Shown here: positions 27,192-42,838 of the stretch, one piece after another
Numbering within the stretch: position 1 is the first letter of the stretch
Layout: every line of letters begins with the position of its first letter
From: Eledone cirrhosa
Lineage: Eukaryota
Direction: 5' to 3'
Assembly (NCBI GenBank): GCA_964016885.1
Contig: OZ024741.1
Location: 319,362,001-319,426,000, forward strand
Length of the DNA stretch: 64,000 bases
Position numbers and translations under genes: made by a program
Notes under the pieces: model-generated
Databases searched by the model: none
The model's input: the letters and a program-made list of their open reading frames with translations, nothing else
Told to the model about the DNA's origin: nothing

Positions 27192-28403
27192 TAGTCAATG
27201 TTTTTCGGATTTTGACAGATTAATGTTTGATAACTTGTATCTCCATGTTATACCATTAATTTGATACAACTTCCAATTGTTGCGGAATTGTTTATTTCTT
27301 TTCATATATAACATATAAGCAGTAATGGTTTATTCTCGTGTTACAGTTTTGATAATGAGTGGTGAAAAATTGCAATTAGAACCATTTTAAGCTGCCTGTG
27401 GAGAAAAGGGCAGAGTGTAAGGGGAGCGACAAAATAAATCAATGATGCGGAAGGCGAAGGAACTGTCATCGAACTTGTGGTACAAAACTGGTTTAGATGT
27501 TTTAAAGAAGGTGACAGCAATCTCGAAGACAAACTAAAGCCAGAGAGACATTCTGTTGTGGAAGATGAACTCTTGCTTGAAATGTTTCAACAACCACCAA
27601 ACACAAGGACTCGTACATTGTCAACAGAACTTGGTTTTTCAGAAAGCGCCATCAATCGACACCTCTATAAGCTTGTGCTTGTGGACAGACGCTGTCGAGA
27701 AGTTTTTCATGAACTGACCAATGACAAGGCTCAACGACGTGTGGAAAAAACTGCTGGCAAATCCTGCGAAACCCGCTTTTGGCGTCGAACTGTAACTGTG
27801 GACGAAAAATAGATCTATTTTCGCAATCTTAATCAGAGAAACCAGTGGCTTCGTTCTGGCCAGGCTTCAGAAACTGTTATCAAATAAGGGCAGTTTGAGA
27901 AAAAGGTCTCGTTGTGTGTTTGATAGAATTTCGAGGAGGTATTGTACTTTGAGCTTGTCTCAGATGGTCATGCTGTGAACGTTGACCATTATGCTCAACA
28001 ACTGCAGCGAGTATATGATCCTTCGAAAGAGCGCTACCCGGAAATTGGTCAATCGAAAACGCACACTCGTACAGCATGACAAAGTTTCAACACACACTGC
28101 CAATATGAAGAAGCGTAAACTTGAGGAACTTGAGGAGCTGGACAAGTTGCCTCACCGTGCCTACAGCCCAGACCTTGCACTATCAGAATACCACATTTTC
28201 CGAGCCAAAGCTCATTTCCTCTGTGGACGGAGGTTCAACAATGTGAATGAGATTGAAAACGAGTGCAGAGAGTATTTTACCTGGAACCCAGCCAAATAAT
28301 ATAAGCGTGGAAGCACAATAGAATATGATGGAATATAGTTTCGTATGTAATTTGTTTGAACTATTAATTAAAGATTGAAATCAAACATTTTTTAATCAGC
28401 CTG

Positions 28404-28408
<5 letters not shown>
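27192..28408 (+). mobile_element. Decayed mariner transposon (frameshifted DD34D-type transposase)
   Basis: VQNWFRCFKEGDSNLED (HTH), VTVDEK, QHDKVSTH, LPHRAYSPDLALSEYHIF. Confidence 0.92.
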
Positions 28409-28443
<35 letters not shown>

Positions 28444-28445
<2 letters not shown>

Positions 28446-28699
28446 CGAAGGAAATGTGGTAAGGAACCAGATGGACCATAACGTACCAAAGTACTCAATA
28501 TTTAGGGTAGTAGAGTGGGTAATAGGAACGAGTAGGACCCCGACGGCTGAGCTCAAGCCGTTTCGACGGCTAATTCTGGACATGGGATATAGTTTCGTAT
28601 GTAATTTGTTTGAACTATTAATTAAAGATTGAAATCAAACACGAGTCCAGAATTAGCCGTCGAAACGGCTTGAGCTCAGCCGTCGGGGTCCTACTCGTT

Positions 28700-28703
<4 letters not shown>
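28444..28703. mobile_element. Family A mini fold-back with captured flanking DNA as spacer
   Basis: Arms 28522-28580 and 28645-28703; spacer 28582-28641 duplicates 28328-28387. Confidence 0.9.
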
Positions 28704-28754
<51 letters not shown>

Positions 28755-28760
28755 CGAGAG

Positions 28761-28853
<93 letters not shown>

Positions 28854-29343
28854 CGAGAGCTTAATTCGTTTTGTGATATTTTGCAATTTTGCAATAACCA
28901 CACATACTGAATTCATCCGCCAAAACTAGGGGTTCTCTCCCTTCCGACTCCTCACATGGGTTCAGATAACGGTCAGTTCCTTAGCTTTGATAGAACAAAA
29001 TGCCTGTTGAAAAAGTGACTTCCTTGTTCGATCATCATACCAAAAGCTTAGCATTATTTGTTTAAGCAGACATTACGTGATTTAGGAGTTGCAGAAACCC
29101 CATATTGGAGGGTCTGGGTAAATTTTTCAATCATATTTTATTATTTGTTTGATCCGAATAGCTTGCTCGCTTCTATGGGTTTGCGATTAATGGTTTAACC
29201 ATCGTCTCAGTGTGTTTGTCCTTTTAACGTATGTTTATTGCTCTAGTTCACTCGTTTCTATTGAGCGCTTGCCACACATTTCGGAAGTTGTTTTTCGCTA
29301 ATTTCCTCCAATAGCCGAAATGCGATTCTCGCTAATTTATATT

Positions 29344-29414
<71 letters not shown>

Positions 29415-29421
29415 GTCGATA

Positions 29422-29508
<87 letters not shown>

Positions 29509-29843
29509 CATGTTGGCAGCATAGCCACAGCGAGATCTCCGTCAAAATAGAAGGCATTCCATCCTTGATCATTTCATTTTTTCATACATAGAATGCGTTC
29601 AGTGTTATATTATGCAACTAATCCTTCTTTTTTAAGACGTTTGGATATATTTCTAGCAGAGCTAGCGACTGCGACCTTGTAAAGGATTCATACTTGGTAT
29701 GTGTTAGTGTAGAATTGGAATAGTGTTTGAATTTCTTACTCAGACATGAAACCGATTTCTGTAATCGAGTGGAACGATATCAATGTTTTTATTTAACAGA
29801 CTAGCTGCATAACACACATACAAACAAACAGACGCATACACTG

Positions 29844-29969
<126 letters not shown>

Positions 29970-30796
29970 ACACACGCACGCACACACAATCACGCCCATA
30001 CACTCACACACACACGCACGCACACACAAACACTCACCCCCCACACACTCTATCTCTCTCACTCACAAACACACACATGTACTCACACACATGTATACAC
30101 ACAAACTTCTTTTCTCCCAACATGCTTTTGTTTTCTTTCGTTTTCTTTATTTATCTATTTTGACAAAGGGCAAATTGTCTGAAACGTCGCAATACATTGA
30201 CTTCCTACTTATATTATTTACCAGGCTAGCTGGTTAGTACACATTCACACATACACACTTGCGAGCACACATGAACTCGCTCGTACACTCACATTTCTTT
30301 TTCTTAAAGTTTGTTTTCTTCTCTTCTATTTTAACAAAGGGTAAATTGCCTGAAATATCATTATCTCTCACCTTTCTTTCACGGCATAGTATATTAACTC
30401 TTTACTGTTACATTTGTTTATATATTTTATATTTGCGTATTTTAGTTTTGCCTTTGATTTGGTCTTTATATTATCAGGTGAGGGCCGATTAAAATGCTGG
30501 TTTCTCACATATTGGATTTCTTACATTAATGGTACTGTGTTGGCTCTGATAACGAAGACCAATGGTTGCTGCTTGATGCGCTGATACCATCAACAAGAGA
30601 TTGCTGGTCTTCGGTAATCAGTCTCAGTACCACTATACCATCGGGTACGTCGAACTGGTTTCAGTTATCAGACTACAGAATGTTGGGACACTTCCCTTAA
30701 AGGGATTTAGTCGATCATATCGATATCAACTTCATACTACAAACTGGAGTCGTGTCCGTATGTAACATTTGGTGCAGTAAATAGATATATACATAT

Positions 30797-30995
30797 ACAC
30801 CAGGTCTGAACACAAAGGAACCAAACACCCATTGTTACTGTCCCTGTCTCTCCCGCTCTTCCCATCTCTCACTAATATGAGCAAATAGGAACCCATGCGC
30901 TGGCCGCCTCGCCGCCCCGGCGAACAGAAGAGAGAAGGCGTTTCCTCGGAGGATGATGAGGGAGACGCGCTGGAAGAGCCATTCCACCTCGCGAG
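30797..30995 (-). mobile_element. CRE-clade LINE 3' end fragment
   Basis: REVEWLFQRVSLIILRGNAFSLL. Confidence 0.7.
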
Positions 30996-31184
30996 AAAAT
31001 TTAGAAAGTTTTTTGACTATTCATTCATTGCAAGGTATTTCTTCAACACGAGGACATTGACAATCGATGACAATGAAGTAGCTACTGCATGGTCACTTGA
31101 CATGTTAGAAATAGTAGCCAAGCTGTCATAAAAATCCCTATGGTTTTAAATCAGAATAGGTCATATTTATAATGGTTTCTTATT

Positions 31185-31365
31185 TAGGCACAATGTCAAC
31201 ACTTGTAGGGAAGGGGAAAGTCGACTAAATCGACCCCAGTGCATTACTGGTGCTTTTTTTATCGATCTCGTAAGGATGAAAGGCAAAGCTATCCTAGGCG
31301 GGATTTGAACTCAGAATCCAAAGGGACGTAACTCTATGTTGCAAAGCATGGTGTCCGACGCCTCT
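31185..31365 (-). mobile_element. SINE family 1
   Basis: Shared core and B-box-like head. Confidence 0.8.
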
Positions 31366-31769
31366 AAATATCCATAAAAAGTTAAGCTAGAATGTCTTCA
31401 ATTATAACTCCTCTTGATTAATCTTAACTGGGGCAAACAAGAACAAGAACAAGATCAATAACAATAACAATAACAAGAACAAGAACAAGAACAAGAAGAA
31501 GAGCAACAACAACAAACAATACCCCAATGCAACATGTGCTATAGAGTATTTGCGAGAGCATAAGTTTTAACTTATACATACAGGGCAAATGCAAACAAAT
31601 GCCTATACAATCTCAAGGAGATTGTATAGGCATTTGTCTTCTATCTATGGAGGAATTGTTGATATAGTCGCTTATACTTCCACTAAAGCAGAAAATAAAT
31701 TTGATTTGCATAAATAGTGCTTTGCTATCAACATGTTGCTTAGTGCATCATATTAACGATGTGTCTGTC

Positions 31770-31930
31770 CTTAAAGATGGCCACTATTTCTACTACACTG
31801 TACAACAGATCTAGCGAATCTTTCCTCTTTTAAAGATGGCCGTTATTTCTACAACACCATAATCTGATCTAGCGCGTTTTTCTTCTTTTAAATGTGGATA
31901 TTATTCCTCCCACACCGTACACCTGATTTT
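31770..31930. repeat. Diverged ~58-bp tandem repeat, about 3 units
   Basis: ttaaagatggcc..atttctac.acac..a..gatctagcg recurs. Confidence 0.7.
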
Positions 31931-32308
31931 GTAGTAGTGATACAGCTAGCGGTGCTTGTGCCATTTGTAGCTGTTTAGTCCCAGATCAATCTTACATAAG
32001 TAGATTTATAATTAAAAGTATTCTAACCGTGCACATCTCATCTATATCCAGGACGTCATTATCGAAGATGTCGTCAGTAAAAGGTGTTATTTAAGGAAAC
32101 TTGGCTCATATTTCCAGCATGTTGAATGATCACGTACAAGCTCTTTTACTAGCTCGTAGTGGTGGAGGTGGTTTTCGAGGGGTGTTGGAGGTGGTGTTGG
32201 TGGAAATCGGTAAAAGGATGGAAGAACGTTTCAAGGGTGTGGTCAGTATTAGCATCGAAGTTGGAGAGAATAGAGAGCGGGAGACATTGGAGAAATATAT
32301 GACGAGGC

Positions 32309-32376
<68 letters not shown>

Positions 32377-32619
32377 GACGAGGGCGAGCGAGAGAGAGGG
32401 TGAGTGAGAGCGAGAGAGGTGAGAAATAAACAGGTAGAGAAAGAATACGTGTGTATGTAGTCAGTTCTTTCAATGTCTTTTTCTCTTTTTCTCCTTCACT
32501 CTCTTCATATCTTGCCCTCATTTACGTTTTCCGCATACATCAGCATAGACTAGGAATAGCGTATCTCTCTGGCAAGAACTGGATGTTGTTCTCTGTGTAT
32601 ATGAGTGTGTAGTGTGGGT

Positions 32620-33430
32620 AGTGTGGTGCTGTTGGTGTGGTGTTGATGGTGTGGTGTTGTTGTTGTGGTGTTGTTGGTGTGGTGTTGTTGTGGTGTTGTT
32701 GTTGTGGTGTTGATGGTGTGGTGTTGTTGTTGTGGTGTTGTTGTTGTGGTGTTGTTGGTGTGGTGTTGTTGTTGTGGTGTTGTTGGTGTGGTGTTGATGG
32801 TGTGGTGCTGTTGGTGTGGTGTTGATGGTGTGGTGTTGTTGTTGTGGTGTTGTTGGTGTGGTGTTGTTGGTGTGGTGCTGTTGGTGTGGTGTTGATGGTG
32901 TGGTGCTGTTGGTGTGGTGTTGATGGTGTGGTGTTGTTGTTGTGGTGTTGTTGGTGTGGTGTTGTTGGTGTGGTGTTGTTGGTGTGGTGTTGTTGTGGTG
33001 TTGTTGTTGTGTTGTTGTTGTTGTGGTGTTGATGGTGTGGTGTTGTTGTTGTGGTGTTGTTGGTGTGGTGTTGTTGGTGTGGTGTTGTTGGTGTGGTGTT
33101 GTTGTTGTGGTGTTGTTGTTGTGGTGTTGTTGGTGTGGTGTTGTTGTTGTGGTGTTGTTGATGTGGTGTTGTTGTTGTGGTATTGTTGGTGTGGTGTTGT
33201 TGGTGTGGTGTGGTTGGTGTGGTGTGGTTGGTGTGGTGTTGTTGTGTAGTGTGGTTGGTGTGATGTTGTTGGTGTGGTGTTGTTGTTGTGGTGTTGTTGG
33301 TGTGGTGTTGTTGGTGTGATGTTGTTGATGTGGTGTGGTTGATGTGTTGTTGTTGTGGTGCTGTTGGTGTTGTTGGTGTGGTGTTGTTGTTGTGTGGTGT
33401 TGTTCGTGTGGTGTTGTTGGTGTGGTGGCG
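32620..33430. repeat. Complex (GTT/GTG) low-complexity satellite
   Basis: Direct observation. Confidence 0.95.
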
Positions 33431-34524
33431 TTGATGCTGTTATAGTTTAGACCCTGACCAAAACTGGTCCAGCATACCTATGATCAAAGTCACTCCATCC
33501 GTAACAATCACATCCTTTATTTAGGTAAAGTTTATCTAGGACAACGTTATCCAATGTACCTCTCCTTTATTTTTTTCCATAAGATAGTAGGGTGTGGATT
33601 GAGGAGAAAATTGGCTTCTATTTTCAGCATTTCGAGCGACCATGAGGCACCTTCCGTTGTTAGTGACATTGGTGTTGTAATATCAACAGAACTACCAACA
33701 CCACGTACACACAGTAACCCCCACCATTATCACCAATACAAACACCACAATAACAAACTCACCCCCCCCCCCCACACACACACACACCACTATCACCACC
33801 ACCATTGGCAGCACGGTTAGCACCAACACCACCATCACAACCAGCACCATCACCAGCATCACCATCACCAACACCATCACGACCACCACCATTACCAACA
33901 TCACCATTACAAGCACCACCAGCACCAGTAACAACACCACCACCACCACCACCACTACCACCACCAACACCACCAACAACATCACAATCATTATTGGCAC
34001 CACCGTCACCACAATCCCCAAACAGCAACTAACTTTACTCTCTCAGCCCTGGCTACCCTTCCCATCCATTCTTTATCTACGCGTTCCCCACCCCTGCCCA
34101 CCTGTAATAGCTCTAGCTCTCCCCACCCACCCATAAATCCCTCTCTCTCTCACCATCTCTTTTCTTCAGTGTTTCTCCCTCACACATTCCCTCACACATT
34201 CACACACAACCTCTGTGTGTGTGTATATATATATATATATATTTGTATATATATGTATATATATATCACAAATATGTGTGTACATACATGTACGTGTGTG
34301 TATGTATACATGAGCGCACGCACGCACACACACACACTCACACACACACGTATACATAAAAGCTATCAAGGTAAGTCAGCCCGAGTATTATAAAGCAAAG
34401 CAACAGTTGAGAACGGAAGAACTGACGAAGTTTTCTATTTCATAACAGACAACAGAGGTTGGTGCTACTTGCTTTCTCTACATCACATCTGCATCTGTTA
34501 TACACATACATCATACATACACAC

Positions 34525-34576
<52 letters not shown>

Positions 34577-34580
<4 letters not shown>

Positions 34581-34827
34581 AGTGTAACTTGGAATTACTG
34601 TAGGTTCACCCGGGTGAGCACTCGATGTTTAGGTTCACTTCTGTGTCGAGGTGTAGAGCTATACAGAGTGTATTATATTGAAAAGATAACAAGGAGGATT
34701 GGTTACTCCTTCATTACATTTATTGGTAGGTGACGCGTGTTTCGCCACTGATCAGCTCAAGGTTCGATCTGTATCGATCTTACCCGACTCTGTAATCCGC
34801 AGCTCGACGGACCCCTTAAAATGCTAG
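34577..34827 (-). mobile_element. TA-flanked element with decayed hammerhead (34727-34815), homolog of 19287-19376
   Basis: GGGGT CCGTCGA ..ggattacagagtc..gagctgatc.. GAAA CACGCG TC ACCTA. Confidence 0.65.
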
Positions 34828-34849
34828 TATATATATATATATATATATT

Positions 34850-34880
<31 letters not shown>

Positions 34881-34881
34881 T

Positions 34882-34933
<52 letters not shown>

Positions 34934-34976
34934 CAATGAAATTAAACAAAAAACGGTTAATTCATAGTAAAACTCA

Positions 34977-35102
34977 TTATTTTACAATCGTTTCTGGGGC
35001 GTAGTTTCCCTGTATGTCCATTCAATTATTGATATATGTAAAATATATTACAAAATATAGTAAGAAAAAATACATACGTCTTCACTACCCGCCGTCTTCA
35101 GA

Positions 35103-35107
<5 letters not shown>
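34977..35107 (-). ncRNA. Hammerhead motif with long stem II, between (TA)n tracts
   Basis: TTATTT CTGAAGA CGGCGGGTAGT ..~75 nt.. ACTACGCCCCA GAAA CGATTG TA AAATAA. Confidence 0.68.
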
Positions 35108-35192
<85 letters not shown>

Positions 35193-35799
35193 GCTTATAG
35201 ATATGTTTATATTTATATAGGGTGTTTTAATAAGCCGCTAGTATCCGTGCAACTTTAAGTAACGTCACCGTTAAGAAAAAAAAAATTACATTGACATCAT
35301 ATACAGTATGAGTCTTTAATTCAATGTATGTTTAGTGTGTTGATCACACGAAACTTTTACACACGTACACAAACATCACGCATAAACACCCTCCTCTCAT
35401 GCACTCACAAAATCACAAATGCACACATTCATTCATTCAATCATTCATTCATTCATTCGAAGGTGGAGTTTCACCCCTTCGTTACTCCGAGTATCTCATT
35501 TATATTGTTCACAGAACGTAACAGAAAGACAGGCATGAGGTAACTCGGTGTAGCTACGGTTATATGCTTCGGTTAAATGAATAAAATATGTTCGGATATA
35601 TGAATAAAACTTACTATACGTATTGAAAACTTTTCCCCTCTTCTCGACTCTACATCCAAACAGACACACTCACATCATGCGTGCTTACACACACACACAC
35701 ATATATATACACATGCGCACGCGTCACTTCGCAACCACTTGGATTCGGATTCAATCCTGTTGCGTATACATACACATCCAAAATCCCAAATCCAGGGCC

Positions 35800-36145
35800 T
35801 TCTCACTCCTGTTGGATGACCCTCCTCCTAGTCGACATCTCTGGCTTCCAATCTCTGGCCATATTGGGTTATATGGGTCTGCGGTATCGGGTCAGATCAT
35901 CTTGCTATCTTGCCTTTGGCCACTAGCTGGTTCGTCTCCACTACTTTAGTGCCCCTTCTGTCGCTTGAATAGTCTACCTGTTGTCTCTTAAACAACAGAC
36001 GTGACCAGTCCCTCTATGCTCGTCTTGATGTCCTTCTTGATGTCCTGCTTATGTTCTTCTTGCCAGTCTGTTCTCGAATCCAGATGTTGCTTTTCCTGTT
36101 ACGTAAAATATTGCCGAGCATGATTCATTCCATCTTACGTTGGCC
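35800..36145 (-). mobile_element. Decayed RTE-type LINE 3' fragment
   Basis: QRKME*IMLGNILRNRKSNIWIREQT. Confidence 0.6.
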
Positions 36146-36429
36146 CAGAACATACAGTATAGTTGGCAACATACCGTATGTTTAATTAAAAACATTTAGA
36201 AGACCATTCGCTATCACTTTTAAAGTAGTGACTATGTCACTTACTTATTTTCGACAAAAGCTGGGAAAGGCTACAAGAGGAGTACACACATATATATATA
36301 CATACACACACACACATATATATATATACATAAATTAATAAAAATAATGAATAAAAACAAAGAAATAGTTCCTTATATTAAAAAATTCATCATACGGATT
36401 GGACACTACCGTACATTTTGGTAGATTTA

Positions 36430-37830
<1,401 letters not shown>

Positions 37831-38028
37831 TATAATATGATACTTAGAGTCTGGTCTAGGAGTGCCAACCCAGATCACGAGTCAGCTGCTGGAGAAATAT
37901 TTGTAACCAGGATTGAGCAATAAACCTCCTATGTAACATCTCCACTTTGAACTTATTGTATACACTCTGCTCTGCATGGAGTGCTGACTTTGGTTCTCTC
38001 ACCGATTTTCTTCGGATTTACTGAACTT

Positions 38029-38147
<119 letters not shown>

Positions 38148-38282
38148 ACACACACATATATATGTATATTTGCTTTTACTTATTTTGATTTTCCCGTTTC
38201 TTTTTTTATTTCTATTTTTCCCGTCCTTTCATGTTTTTCCCATTAACTCCTCTCCTCACTCCGTCTCAGAGTTCCTCCCTAC

Positions 38283-38320
38283 TTTCCCGATGAAGGACTT
38301 ATGTCCGAAACGTCGTAAAC
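38283..38320 (+). ncRNA. Decayed minimal hammerhead, homolog of 13402-13437
   Basis: CCGATGA A GGAC TTAT GTCC GAAA CG TC; U4>C. Confidence 0.55.
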
Positions 38321-38425
38321 TCCTCACTCTCACCAAGCGTGAAGCTAATAACACTATGTACTATTCACTCCTGCGTTTGTTTGGTTGTCCTTTTGAACTC
38401 TCTTTCTCTCTCTCTCTATCTGTCT

Positions 38426-38527
<102 letters not shown>

Positions 38528-38562
38528 GTATATATATTTATTTATTAGTAGAGTAGATTAAA

Positions 38563-38612
38563 GTTTAAGCAAAGAATTTCTGCTTTCCCCCCATTACGGG
38601 ATCTTCTGAAAC
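38563..38612 (-). ncRNA. Hammerhead-like motif with one core substitution
   Basis: GTTT CAGAAGA TCCC GTAATG GGGG GAAA GCAGA AATTC TTTGC TT AAAC; all three stems pair. Confidence 0.55.
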
Positions 38613-38693
38613 AGAAAAATCAATCTATCGACGCATAAATAAATATTTTGAGCCCTCTTCTGATTTTGGCTTTCGTAATTGTTATTACTAATA

Positions 38694-38737
38694 ACCGTCG
38701 AAACGGCTTGAGCTCTGCCGTCGGGGTCATACTTTTT

Positions 38738-38741
<4 letters not shown>
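38694..38741 (+). mobile_element. Family A single arm ending TTCCTA(TA)n
   Basis: ccgtcgaaacggcttgagctctgccgtcggggtc. Confidence 0.8.
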
Positions 38742-38829
<88 letters not shown>

Positions 38830-39129
38830 CACACATTCTAATATATTCTAGTCCAAATTATCTTTTCCTCCTTTCTATTTCTTACACTTTTCGGCTAAGC
38901 TACTTCGCACCGCGTTTCTATCTCTTCCTTTTCAGTTGAGGTATTTTTTGTCGTTTCTCTTTGTCTTTACTTGTGTAATTCTGCGAAAGCACAGTTTGGG
39001 GGTCGGGGTGGGGCATTCCATATGCATTGGAATAAATAGTATTGATTAACCAAAACTATAAGGATTTCGAGAGGTTGACTGAAGAGAAGGGAGTGTTCAT
39101 TTTCCCGTTGTCTTCATCATATATATATA

Positions 39130-39507
39130 TCTTTATATATATAAAAGCGAGGATGTGTGTGTGTCTGTGTACAACTTGGCATGCATAAGGCTTTCACAAT
39201 TACCAACTGAATTTGACCAAATTGTCTGTGCACGTTGCACAGGTCGATAAGATTGTTACATCATAAACATTTTTCAAATCAACCCACGTTGAGCAATAAA
39301 CAATCGATATCAAAATTATCGGTAGAAAAATTGACAATCCTTATAAAAAAGGGAGATAACATTTTCACCAAATATATTCGTTTGCATTAATTATTGAAGA
39401 CTTCTGCTTATTTTGACAGGTTGGGGACAAATAATGTTCTTTTACTTCCTAGCTGTATATTCTTAGCATAATTTCAAACCCCGAGCAACGCCGGGTAAAT
39501 CTCCTAG
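39130..39507 (+). mobile_element. Complete non-autonomous Helitron
   Basis: A|TC 5' end (tctttatatatataaaag), subterminal hairpin cccgagcaacgccggg, 3' CTAG|T. Confidence 0.88.
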
Positions 39508-39521
39508 TATATATATATATA

Positions 39522-39652
39522 TAGGAAAAGAGCTACGACCTCGACGGCTGAGCTCCGGCCGTTTCGATAGCTAATACCCACTCTACTACCCTAAGTATCG
39601 AGTACTCTGGTGTGTTATGGTCCTCCTGGTTTCTTACCACACCTTCTTTGTT
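39522..39652. mobile_element. Family A element, one arm deleted, full tail
   Basis: Inverted arm 39522-39572 joined to tail 39575-39652. Confidence 0.82.
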
Positions 39653-39746
39653 ATATATATATATATATATATATAGTGTGTATGTGTGTGTGTGTGTATA
39701 CATGTGTGTGTGTATTAGAATGTATGTTTGTATGTGTATATATATT

Positions 39747-39813
<67 letters not shown>

Positions 39814-40020
39814 GTACACACACACAGTTGCAATACGTCACTTTTAAGTTGGCACATGTTCAAATGATCGGTGTAAACAACATGGATGTCATATTATACC
39901 GGAACAATTATGTGTCACAATATTGGAGTAAACATAAACAGGCACACACATACATGCGCACTCATATACTGACTGACACACTGTCTGACACTCACAGATA
40001 CAGACACACACAGACAAGCA

Positions 40021-40082
<62 letters not shown>

Positions 40083-40176
40083 CTTAGTCATTTTTGGATT
40101 TCCTGGTACTATACCTCTTACTATTATATATATATGTCAGATTGGAGGTGGTAAAACCCAGTTAGAGCATTACTCA

Positions 40177-40326
40177 TCTGAGTACTCGATAACTGGGGTA
40201 GTAGAGTGGGTAATATGAAAAAATTCAGGACCCCAACGGCTGAGCTCTGGGCGTGTTTTAACAGCTTGATCAGTTCGGATCTAGCTGTTGAAATGACAGG
40301 AGCTCAGCCGTCGGGGTCATGAATTT

Positions 40327-40330
<4 letters not shown>
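40177..40330. mobile_element. Family A mini fold-back, diverged
   Basis: ggaccccaacggctgagctct.. / ..ggagctcagccgtcggggtc. Confidence 0.78.
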
Positions 40331-40402
<72 letters not shown>

Positions 40403-40604
40403 GTATTTATATATGTAGGAAGTTTGACAAAATCGACCACTATCCAATGTTTCTTGTAAAAATATATTCTACCCTTGTTTAATTTTTATTGAGTGCTCCT
40501 TGTCTAGTTATACACAAAATACATTCATCTTAAATTCATAGCGAAAGGCCTTCAAAATGGTTTTAAATAAATATACAGTATATTATTAAATATACAAATC
40601 GTAC

Positions 40605-40721
<117 letters not shown>

Positions 40722-42332
40722 TCCACCCACTCACACCCCCACACCCACACACATACCCCCCCCCCCCCACATATATATTTATTTATTCTACTTTCGTCTT
40801 TTACTATGTTTCAGAACAGACTTTACCAATACTTGCAGTCACACACAGCCACACCGGAAGCACAGCAGTCAGTTTAACACCGAGAATCACGTGAGTCATG
40901 AAACTGTTAATTGTATGAGTGAAAGATTGTAGCTCTAGTTTACAACTCGGATAGTTTTAGGTATTGTAACAGTACCTAGCTCCATGCTCACACCCAATAA
41001 AGTCTGGAAATGTCCAGCATTAGACCATACTCCAGCAATGAGACACCCTAGCTATGATAATGAATTGGTACGGCATTAAATCTGGCATAGTTCAGCCTGA
41101 AACCATAATTTCAGCAACCAGGGCCCCTAGTCGTGATGATAAATAGGTATCACATCAAGATAGCAATATCTAGCTTCATTCTAGCTGGTATTTTCGTTCA
41201 GATATAGCAAATCAAAGACTACATTATCCAGTTCGTCCTTTACGCCCTTGTTTAAAACAAAATAATCTGAATGTAGGGTGAATATTAGGAAGATTTAGCT
41301 GATTTCTTTTCTTACAGCCAAGCGATCACCTCGAGGTTTCCTCATTAGATTGTTGTGATATGTAGGATGGAATGATGTAGTTCTACAAAAGAAGTTGGGG
41401 AACGCATTTTGAAAGTGTTATTGAGACGATAGTGGTGGGGCTACTGGAAAATACAGCGAACTCATACATCTGTAGTTTCAACGATGCTGTAAAGCTCCAC
41501 AGAAATTTGGTAAAATCAAATAGATTTCTAAGGTGAACTGAAACAAAGAGTTTGTGGGCGGTGGGAGCATTTATCAACACTGGTGCCAATAACAATGCCT
41601 GAGTGGCTATCGTATTCGACTGATCAAACTACTTTCCAGTTTAGGTCAGTGATCCCGGTTTTTAAGATATCACTTTCACTTTCTCTTTTGACGGAACCCT
41701 CCCAGTCAAGAATTGAAGCATTAAATGTAAATTAAAAGTTTCATTACATTAAATATTTTCAAATTTGGATTTAATTGAAATATTGACGAAACGCCATCCC
41801 TTTTCCCCTTCCCCACCACCCAAGTCAAGAAACGTCGTTCTCACTACACTACATCAATGGTAGTGTGTGATATATTTGTAGGAGTCAGGCAGAGGACGTA
41901 GTTCAAATATTAAATGGCCCACAGATGTTTCCTCACCTCATACATATTTTGTAACTTTTTTTTCTCTGGGACGCATTTCAATCTATATTTTGTTTTAGAA
42001 CTTAACTCCTGTTGATGTCGTAGGGGTGCTATCATTACATACAAATATCTTGGCTAATTAAACCAGGTGGAGCCAATCTCTCTTATATATATATATAGGG
42101 AAAGCGAGAGAGAAGTGAGAAAGAGATATAGAGGAAGAATCGTCGATTAGTATTGATCTGATACTTTATCAATTTCGAAAGGATGAAAGCAAAGTTGACC
42201 GTAGCAGGATTTGAGCTGAGAGCACAGAGATCCGGGGCAAATGGCACAAAGCATTATGTCCGACATTTTAACGACTCTGCCACTTCGCCATTACCAAACC
42301 ATTATAGGGTCCAAAGAAATATTACACCGAGA

Positions 42333-42640
42333 AGGAGCGTGGCTTAGTGGTTGTGGTGTTCGGTTCGTGATTGTAAGGTCACGAGTTCGATTCCTAGCCT
42401 TGTGTCCCTAGCTAAAATATTTTATTTCACGTTGCTTTAGTCCATCTAGCTGATAAAAAGGGTTGTACCTTTAATTCAAAAGGCAGTCTTGTAATACCTT
42501 GTGTTATGATGGATCTCCCTAATAGCTATGTTAAGGTCCACGTGTCTGTGGAATGCTCAATCATCTGCACGTTAATTTCACAAGCTGACTGTTTCGTTGA
42601 TCGCATCAACTGGAACCCTCGCTGTCTGAACCGGCGGAAA
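42333..42640 (+). mobile_element. tRNA-derived SINE family 2
   Basis: A-box gtggcttagtgg, B-box gagttcgattcc, then non-tRNA body. Confidence 0.8.
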
Positions 42641-42687
42641 TCTAATACAGATAAATTGTTTACTTTGCTATATCATAATAATTTCTG

Positions 42688-42838
42688 ATTTAGGCACAAG
42701 GCTAATTTATCGACCCCTTAAGGATGAAAGGCAAAGCTAACCTCGACGGGATTTGAACTCAGAACGTAAAGGGCCGTAACTCTATGCTGCAAAGCGTGTT
42801 GTCTAACGCTCTACCTATGCTGCCAATCAACCGCCCTC
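42688..42838 (-). mobile_element. SINE family 1 (another decayed copy at 42150-42290)
   Basis: Shared core. Confidence 0.82.

Noticed and set aside
42333-42405. tRNA-like sequence (also 49045-49130)
   Set aside because: No complete cloverleaf; it continues into SINE bodies found in multiple copies.
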